In this document: positions 58,246-64,000 of the stretch, in pieces
Layout: each line of letters starts with the position of its first letter
How positions within the stretch are numbered: the first letter of the stretch is position 1
Assembly (NCBI GenBank): GCA_031383535.1
Contig: JANMZS010000175.1
Coordinates: 2,844-66,843 of the forward strand
DNA: 64,000 bases
Direction: 5' to 3'
DNA from: Flavobacterium sp.
GTDB lineage: Bacteria; Bacteroidota; Bacteroidia; Flavobacteriales; Flavobacteriaceae
Program-made: the position numbers and the translations under genes
Notes under the pieces: generated by a model
The model's input: only the letters and a program-made list of their open reading frames with translations
What the model was told of the DNA's origin: nothing
Databases searched by the model: none

Positions 58246-59344
58246 CTCTGTTCAATTCTTAGCGTATTATCTTCCTCAATTTCATCCTATTCCTGAAAAT
58301 GATATGTGGTGGGGAAAAGGCTTTACAGAATGGACTAATGTAACCAAAGCCGAACCTTTGTTCAAAGGACATTACCAGCCAATATTACCAGGAGAACTCG
58401 GTTTTTACGATTTGCGCGTTTCAGAAATACAAGAGCAACAGGCTAATTTGGCAAAAGAGTATGGTGTTAATGGTTTTATTTATTATCAATATTGGTTTGG
58501 CAATGGAAAGATGCTTTTAGAAAAACCCGCCGAAGCAATGTTAGTAAATAAAAATATAGAATTACCATTTTGTTTTTGTTGGGCAAATGAAACATGGAAA
58601 GGAATTGCGCATGGTTTGGATAATTCTAACGTTTTGATCGAACAAACCTATCAAGGAGAGGTTGGATATAAAACATATTTCAATTATTTACTGCCTTTTT
58701 TTAAGGACAAAAGATACATTAGGATCGATAACAAACCAATGTTTCATATTTATAAACTAAATGATATTCCAGATTTAGAAATTTTTTTAGGGGTTTTTAA
58801 TCAACTAGCAATAGAGAATGGGTTTGATGGTGTTTGGTTTGTTGGAACTCATGCTAATTCTAATACTGTAACGACAAATCCTCAAATATACGGTCAAGTT
58901 GGAATTGATGTTTTTAGTTCTATGCGTTATGAACAAGCTTTTAGATTTCGTTCAGGAACATTTTTAAGAAAAGTGGAACTAAAATTATTTAAAAAGTTTG
59001 GTTTATCATTCGTTAAATCCAACTTAATTGTTTTAGATTATAAAATTGCTGTTGAAAAATTGCGAGTAAATTTTATCAATAAAAAATATATTGCTTGTGT
59101 TTTTCCTAACTGGGATAATTCGGCTAGATCAGGAAATAATGCCATGATTTTTAAAAATGCGACACCCGAGTACTGGAAACAACATCTTAAAATAGCTTTA
59201 GAAGAATTAGAAAAAAATAAAGAAAACCCTCGTTTTATAATCATTAAATCATGGAACGAGTGGGCAGAAGGAAATTATTTGGAACCAGATGCTAAATTTG
59301 GAAGACGATGGTTAGAAGTCGTAAAAGAGATTAAAGCTGTTTGA
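58229..59344 (+). CDS. WbsX-like glycosyltransferase, copy 2
   Basis: YLPQFHPIPENDMWWGKGFTEWTNV, WANETW, WDNSAR, SWNEWAEGNYLEP. Confidence 0.88.
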   Translation: MKMKNSSVQFLAYYLPQFHPIPENDMWWGKGFTEWTNVTKAEPLFKGHYQPILPGELGFYDLRVSEIQEQQANLAKEYGVNGFIYYQYWFGNGKMLLEKPAEAMLVNKNIELPFCFCWANETWKGIAHGLDNSNVLIEQTYQGEVGYKTYFNYLLPFFKDKRYIRIDNKPMFHIYKLNDIPDLEIFLGVFNQLAIENGFDGVWFVGTHANSNTVTTNPQIYGQVGIDVFSSMRYEQAFRFRSGTFLRKVELKLFKKFGLSFVKSNLIVLDYKIAVEKLRVNFINKKYIACVFPNWDNSARSGNNAMIFKNATPEYWKQHLKIALEELEKNKENPRFIIIKSWNEWAEGNYLEPDAKFGRRWLEVVKEIKAV

Positions 59345-59380
59345 GTTATAAAGCGACCCTGTTAAATTTCTAACAAAACT

Positions 59381-60355
59381 ATGAATTCATTAGTTTCTAT
59401 TATCATTCCTTGCTACAATAAAGCAGCCTTTTTGACGGAAACACTTCAGTCGGTTTTGAATCAAACCTACACTGAATGGGAATGTATTCTTGTTGATGAC
59501 GGAAGTACAGACGATACTCCGGCAGTTGCCAAAGCCTATTTTGAAAAAGACAGTAGATTTCGGTATTTTCTAAAAAAAAATGAAGGAGTAAGCCCTGCTA
59601 GAAACTATGGGCTTGAAAAAGCTCAGGGTGATTTTATCATTTTTTTGGATGCCGACGATATTTTAGCCGACTTTTCTTTACTTAAACGGCTGGAGTATTT
59701 TAATCAGTATCCAGAACAGGATGGTTTGGTGTTTTCAACCCATTTTTTTGAAGATAATATCCAAGATTATGGGAATTTATTTAATTGTGACCCCCAAATA
59801 GAATCAGAAAAAAATTATCTTGAACTCTTTTTGAATTACCGATTTGCATTTGCTGTTATGAGTTCAATTTGGAGAAGAAGCGTGCTCGATAAAGTACAGT
59901 TTCGAGCTGATTTGAGACTTTTAGAAGATGTTGTTTTTCATATTGAAATTTTATTTTTGGAACATATAAAAATCAAAAGAATTCACTTGTTAGATAATTA
60001 TTACCGGGTATTGCCCACAAAAAAGTATTCTTTTCCAGGTCAGGCCGAAGAAATGTCCAAAAGTGTATTATATCTTTTAAAAACCTATCAAGACAAATTA
60101 GTCCAAGATCATGTACTACAACAAAAATTCAGTCGTTTTGTGAAGATTGTGTGTCGAATTATGGTAATGGATAACGAGCAAACGACTATTCAAAAAGAGT
60201 TATACCAAAAAGCATTGAAATTTAATTATATCAAACCCAAAGAACAATTTTTGTTTTGGATGTTGTCTTTTATTTATAAAACGAAACTCGATTCCAAAAG
60301 AAATATAGGTATGTATCGAATCATTAGTAGTATTGACAAACAACTTTTAAGCTAA
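59381..60355 (+). CDS. Glycosyltransferase family 2
   Basis: SIIIPCYN, VDDGSTD, ARNYG, FLDADD. Confidence 0.9.
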   Translation: MNSLVSIIIPCYNKAAFLTETLQSVLNQTYTEWECILVDDGSTDDTPAVAKAYFEKDSRFRYFLKKNEGVSPARNYGLEKAQGDFIIFLDADDILADFSLLKRLEYFNQYPEQDGLVFSTHFFEDNIQDYGNLFNCDPQIESEKNYLELFLNYRFAFAVMSSIWRRSVLDKVQFRADLRLLEDVVFHIEILFLEHIKIKRIHLLDNYYRVLPTKKYSFPGQAEEMSKSVLYLLKTYQDKLVQDHVLQQKFSRFVKIVCRIMVMDNEQTTIQKELYQKALKFNYIKPKEQFLFWMLSFIYKTKLDSKRNIGMYRIISSIDKQLLS

Positions 60356-61285
60356 ATGAACCCGAAAGTAACTATCATTATGGCGACCTACAATAGGGAG
60401 CAATTTATAGCCGAAACCCTTTTGTCTATCCAAAATCAAACGTATAAAGATTGGGAATGTCTGATTATTGATGATGGTGGTACCGATAATACAAACGAAG
60501 TTATAGCCCCTTTTTTAAAACAAGACCATCGTTTTCAGTTTGTGAAACGTACGGATGACTACCAAAAAGGATTGTCGGGTTGTCGCAATTACGGCTTGGA
60601 TTTGGCTAAGGGAGAATACATTATCTTTTTTGATGATGACGATATTCCGCATCCGCAAAATTTGGAGTTGTGTGTGAAGGAGTTGCAGGATAGTGCCATT
60701 TCTTTTTGTCGTTATGAACGGAACACCTTTACGGGTAACTTTCACTACCAATTTGATTTTTCAAAAGAGTACACCTCATTTTATATTGATAAAAACGATA
60801 TTTTAAAAGTGGTAAACAATGAACTTCAGTTTAATTCAACCTCCATCATGTGGAAGAAAATTTGTTTTGAAGAACATCGATTTGACGAGAACATTCTTTA
60901 TGCTGAGGATTGGGAGCTGTATACTAGAATAGTGTCTTCGGGTTTTAGAGGAATCTCTATCGATAAATGTTTGTTTTATGCAAGGAAGCATACCAATTCT
61001 ATGACTGGGGAGTATTACAGTAATGACCCGATTAGAAGAAAATCGTTTGTAGATTGCTTTATATTAGTAGTTCAGAATCTTAAAAACAAACAATTACTTT
61101 CTACTTCATTAAAGCGCTATTTTATTGCATACTCGATAGAATTTAAGGAATATAATTTGTTTGACACCCTTTTGGATATCATGAAATTGTCTACATTTGA
61201 AAAACTAAAATGGCAGATTTTCTATACAGTTCTTCCTTTTAGATTACGGTTGTATAAGATGAAAAAGGGAATGAAAAATAAATAA
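60356..61285 (+). CDS. Glycosyltransferase family 2
   Basis: MATYNR, IDDGGTD, CRNYG, FFDDDD, EDWELY. Confidence 0.9.
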   Translation: MNPKVTIIMATYNREQFIAETLLSIQNQTYKDWECLIIDDGGTDNTNEVIAPFLKQDHRFQFVKRTDDYQKGLSGCRNYGLDLAKGEYIIFFDDDDIPHPQNLELCVKELQDSAISFCRYERNTFTGNFHYQFDFSKEYTSFYIDKNDILKVVNNELQFNSTSIMWKKICFEEHRFDENILYAEDWELYTRIVSSGFRGISIDKCLFYARKHTNSMTGEYYSNDPIRRKSFVDCFILVVQNLKNKQLLSTSLKRYFIAYSIEFKEYNLFDTLLDIMKLSTFEKLKWQIFYTVLPFRLRLYKMKKGMKNK

Positions 61286-61316
61286 AAAGTTAAGGTACTT
61301 TATTGACTCATCTTGG

Positions 61317-61407
61317 TTGTCACATCCGAATTGTCACATCGAGCGCAGTCGAGATGCGCTCAAGACAGGCTAAGTCGAGATGCGATATATCCCTCGACTG
61401 CGCTCGG
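61317..61407. repeat. REP/BIME-like palindromic element
   Basis: 14-bp inverted repeat cgagcgcagtcgag (61340-61353) / ctcgactgcgctcg (61393-61406), with internal direct repeats ttgtcacatc x2 and agtcgagatgcg x2; GC-rich island in AT-rich DNA. Confidence 0.8.
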
Positions 61408-61502
61408 GAAGACAAAGTAGAACTGATAATAAAATTAATTTTTGTCTAACCGTATAACCTTTTTTGTGGAATTAAAAAGATAAAAAAAGCAATAAAAAAA
61501 GC

Positions 61503-62708
61503 ATGAAATTTTTAATAATTGAGCAAGATTTACGAATTTCGGGAACCAGTCAAGGAATTATCTCCCGCTCATTTTTGGCAAAATTAAGAACAGCTTATCC
61601 TGACTCCATCATTGATGTTCATTATCTTAAACAATCCTCTAGTGAAGATCAATTAGGCTTATTGCCTGTAAATTTGATACAAGAGTATGTTTTGGATTTA
61701 AAAATTCCTTTTTTTACCAAATGGTTCAATACAATTTACTGGAGATTATTTCACGTGTCCTTAGCTAGTAATCATGTATATCAAGTTTACAGAGATTGTA
61801 TAGCTAAAATTGACTATCATCAATACGATCATATCTTTATACGAAGTGCAGGGTTGAATTGTGAAACTATTATAGGCGCCAAAGATTTGCCTGTCCTCAA
61901 GAAATCCATAATTACCTTCAATGAGCCTTATCCTTTGTTTTGGTGTACTGGTTCGTTAAGCCCTCTGACCTCTCTTGAACTCTTTAAACTGAAAGAAATG
62001 TTTGAAGTGATTTCTCAAGCTAAATCGTGTATGGCAACCGCATTATTAGCCCAAGATCTAGAATATGTTTATGGTTCTAGAAAAAAAATCTATCCAATGC
62101 CTCATCAATACGACCCAAGTGTTTTTGATTTGTCGGATGTAAGTGAATTGGTCAAAAAGAAGAAGAAAATCTTGATTTCTTACCATGGAGCGCTACAGTT
62201 TGGCAGAAACATAGAAATAGTTTTGGATACATATCTTGAATTGGTCGAAAGCAATTTGAAGTACAAAGAAAACACAGAATTTGTGATTCGAGTAAAAGGT
62301 GCCGATTTTAAAAAAATAGAATCAAAGTATGCTGATACGTCTAATATTACCGTTTTGTTCATTTCCAATTTTTCTAATTCTTGTAATGAACAAATGAACG
62401 AAGCCGATATCAATATCATTTTAGAAAACGGACCATTATATTGTAATATTTTGGTGGGTAAAGCCCCATTTTTAGCATCCATACCCAAACCGATTCTTAG
62501 TATTTCGCCCGAACGAAGCGAAATGCGAAACATTATACAAGACCCACAATACATCGCTAGTTGTACTGATAAAGCCGAAATTAAACAAAAACTCGAAAAT
62601 CTAATTGTCAATAGAATGAACTCGGACGAAGCAGTTTATCCTTTTGGGGATTATTTTAGTGATGCGAATTTTAAACTGAGATTAGATAAGATTTTGTTGG
62701 AAAAATGA
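61503..62708 (+). CDS. Probable GT-B fold glycosyltransferase
   Basis: 401-aa ORF in the GT cluster; ISYHGALQFGRN, DINIILEN, GKAPFL. Family is uncertain. Confidence 0.55.
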   Translation: MKFLIIEQDLRISGTSQGIISRSFLAKLRTAYPDSIIDVHYLKQSSSEDQLGLLPVNLIQEYVLDLKIPFFTKWFNTIYWRLFHVSLASNHVYQVYRDCIAKIDYHQYDHIFIRSAGLNCETIIGAKDLPVLKKSIITFNEPYPLFWCTGSLSPLTSLELFKLKEMFEVISQAKSCMATALLAQDLEYVYGSRKKIYPMPHQYDPSVFDLSDVSELVKKKKKILISYHGALQFGRNIEIVLDTYLELVESNLKYKENTEFVIRVKGADFKKIESKYADTSNITVLFISNFSNSCNEQMNEADINIILENGPLYCNILVGKAPFLASIPKPILSISPERSEMRNIIQDPQYIASCTDKAEIKQKLENLIVNRMNSDEAVYPFGDYFSDANFKLRLDKILLEK

Positions 62709-62782
62709 AAATTTAAAATTGAATTCAAATAATACAACTTTTGAAAAACGAGTTGCAAGTTAGATTCTTTGCTTACTTTTGT

Positions 62783-63217
62783 ATGAGAACGGTTAGTCAT
62801 AGAAAATTTATTGTCTAATAATTATACATCACAAGCCCGAAACAAGCTAATTGCCAGAGCGTTCAAGGAAGTGGGTATGATTGAACGATATGGTTCAGGG
62901 ATTCGAAGAATACTAAATATATGTGAACAATATGGGATTATTCAACCCAAAATCGAAGAAGTATTCAACTGTTTTCGAATTTTACTGTTCAAAGAAAAAC
63001 GCAACAGCACCGATGTCGTAGATAATGTCGTAGCTAATCGATTAGAAATAATATTGGACTTAATCAATAAAAAAAATACAATTTCTGCAAACCAAATAGC
63101 AAAACGATTGAATATAACGCACCGAACCGCACAAAGAGACCTCGGAAATTAAAAAAAATAAACAAACTAAAACGAATAGGTACTGAAAAAACGGGTTATT
63201 GGCAAATTTTGAAGTAA
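62783..63217 (+). pseudogene. Relic of an ATP-binding/RecG-C (HATPase_c_4) plus HTH transcriptional regulator
   Basis: Only the C-terminal part is left (RNKLIA..F...GMIERYGSGI, then HTH SANQIAKRLNITHRTAQRD). A 1-bp frameshift near 63145 precedes KLKKINKLKRIGTEKTGYWQILK*. A -7 box TACTTTTG lies at 62774-62781. Confidence 0.75.
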
Positions 63218-63223
63218 TTTAAA

Positions 63224-63367
63224 TACTGATAAAAAAAACAAAAATTCGCAATTTTAATCCCCAATAGAATGAGTTCTAATGAGCCAGTTTATCCGTTTGG
63301 AGATTATTTTAGTGATGCCAATTTTAAAGTGATGTTGGCTGAGGTGTTGGTTCAGTCTAAAAAGTAA
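63224..63367 (+). pseudogene. Second, diverged copy of the 3' end of the 61503 gene
   Basis: NRMSSNEPVYPFGDYFSDANFKVMLAEVLVQSKK* versus NRMNSDEAVYPFGDYFSDANFKLRLDKILLEK* at 62564-62708. Confidence 0.88.
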
Positions 63368-63400
63368 TTATTTGAAAACAACAACAATTATATAATCTAG

Positions 63401-64000
63401 ATGAAAAATAAAATATATCATTTAAGAAGAAAATTCTCAAGAATGTATACCCGTTTTTTAAACGATTTTTTAAAAAAGAATAAACTTTATAATAGATATG
63501 TATTCTCTAAAATTTATAAAAATGATCTTTTTAATTCATTTGTTGCTAGCAAAGAATCTAAATCAGGACCAGGTTCAAATCTTGAGCAAACAGCACAAAT
63601 TACAGTTGAAATTCCAGAATTAATTAAAAAATACAATATTAAAAGTATTCTTGATGTACCGTGCGGTGATTTTCATTGGATGAATAGAGTGGATTTGTCT
63701 GATGTACAATATACAGGTGGTGATATTGTATCAGGAATAATTAGAAGTAACAGTGCTAAATTCACTAAAAAAAATATTACTTTCAAAGAAATAGATATAA
63801 TTAACGATCTTTTGCCTAGGGTTGATATGATTCTTTGCCGAGATTTATTCGTACATCTAAAGAACGATCAAATTTTAATGGCTATAAAAAACATTAAAAA
63901 TAGTGGTTCGAAGTATTTATTAACTACGAGTTTTAAAATGACTAATAAGAATATCGATATTAATAAGATTGGAACTTGGAGACCAATAAATTTAGAGATA
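63401..64000 (+). CDS. Class I SAM-dependent methyltransferase (partial, runs off the window; absent from the ORF track)
   Basis: Open from ATG 63401 to the window end: SGPGS, ILDVPCGDFHWM, GGDIV, DMILCRD, WRPINL. Confidence 0.85.
   Translation, partial: MKNKIYHLRRKFSRMYTRFLNDFLKKNKLYNRYVFSKIYKNDLFNSFVASKESKSGPGSNLEQTAQITVEIPELIKKYNIKSILDVPCGDFHWMNRVDLSDVQYTGGDIVSGIIRSNSAKFTKKNITFKEIDIINDLLPRVDMILCRDLFVHLKNDQILMAIKNIKNSGSKYLLTTSFKMTNKNIDINKIGTWRPINLEI

Noticed and set aside
61479-61502. ataaaaaaagc repeated twice before the 61503 ATG
   Set aside because: Low-complexity duplication of about 12 bp; too short to interpret.
1270-62611. Numerous 60-143 aa antisense or alternate-frame ORFs in the track (for example 1883-2209, 16300-16668, 49502-49783, 53799-54110, 62180-62611)
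   Set aside because: They lie inside well-supported genes, show no motifs, and are expected shadow ORFs.
1-64000. JUMPstart/ops element or a UpxY/RfaH antiterminator, and invertible-promoter repeats
   Set aside because: By eye I found no ggcggtag-type motif, no NusG-like ORF and no inverted repeats flanking a promoter. They could lie upstream of the window; a motif scan would settle it.

Overview
AT-rich Bacteroidota DNA, most likely Flavobacterium, judged from the gene families, TAnnTTTG -7 promoter boxes and a Flavobacterium-type palindromic repeat. The window is almost entirely one large surface-polysaccharide locus, nearly all on the + strand. It holds about 20 glycosyltransferases (GT2, GT4, GT10, GT11, WbsX-like), five SAM methyltransferases and nucleotide-sugar enzymes (rfbA, gmd, fcl, a CapD/PglF-like dehydratase, a DegT aminotransferase, a formyltransferase, a uronate epimerase). 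It encodes a Wza/Wzc/PHP-phosphatase set and a Wzm/Wzt ABC exporter. It also has an unusual array of four MBOAT acyltransferases with six SGNH/DltD-like partners around an FkbH-methyltransferase-ACP module. The most striking structure is not in the ORF track: the locus appears to have grown by repeated insertions that leave a degenerate copy of the neighbouring gene end. Three 5' stubs of one GT2 gene are each followed by one non-sugar gene (AAA ATPase, AAA ATPase, BRO). A duplicated 3' end brackets a RecG-C/HTH relic, a 1.13-kb repeat brackets the FkbH module, and a 112-bp repeat brackets 31.3 kb. I recognised no integrase, transposase, CRISPR array, rRNA or tRNA. All family assignments come from motif recognition by eye; no database search was run.
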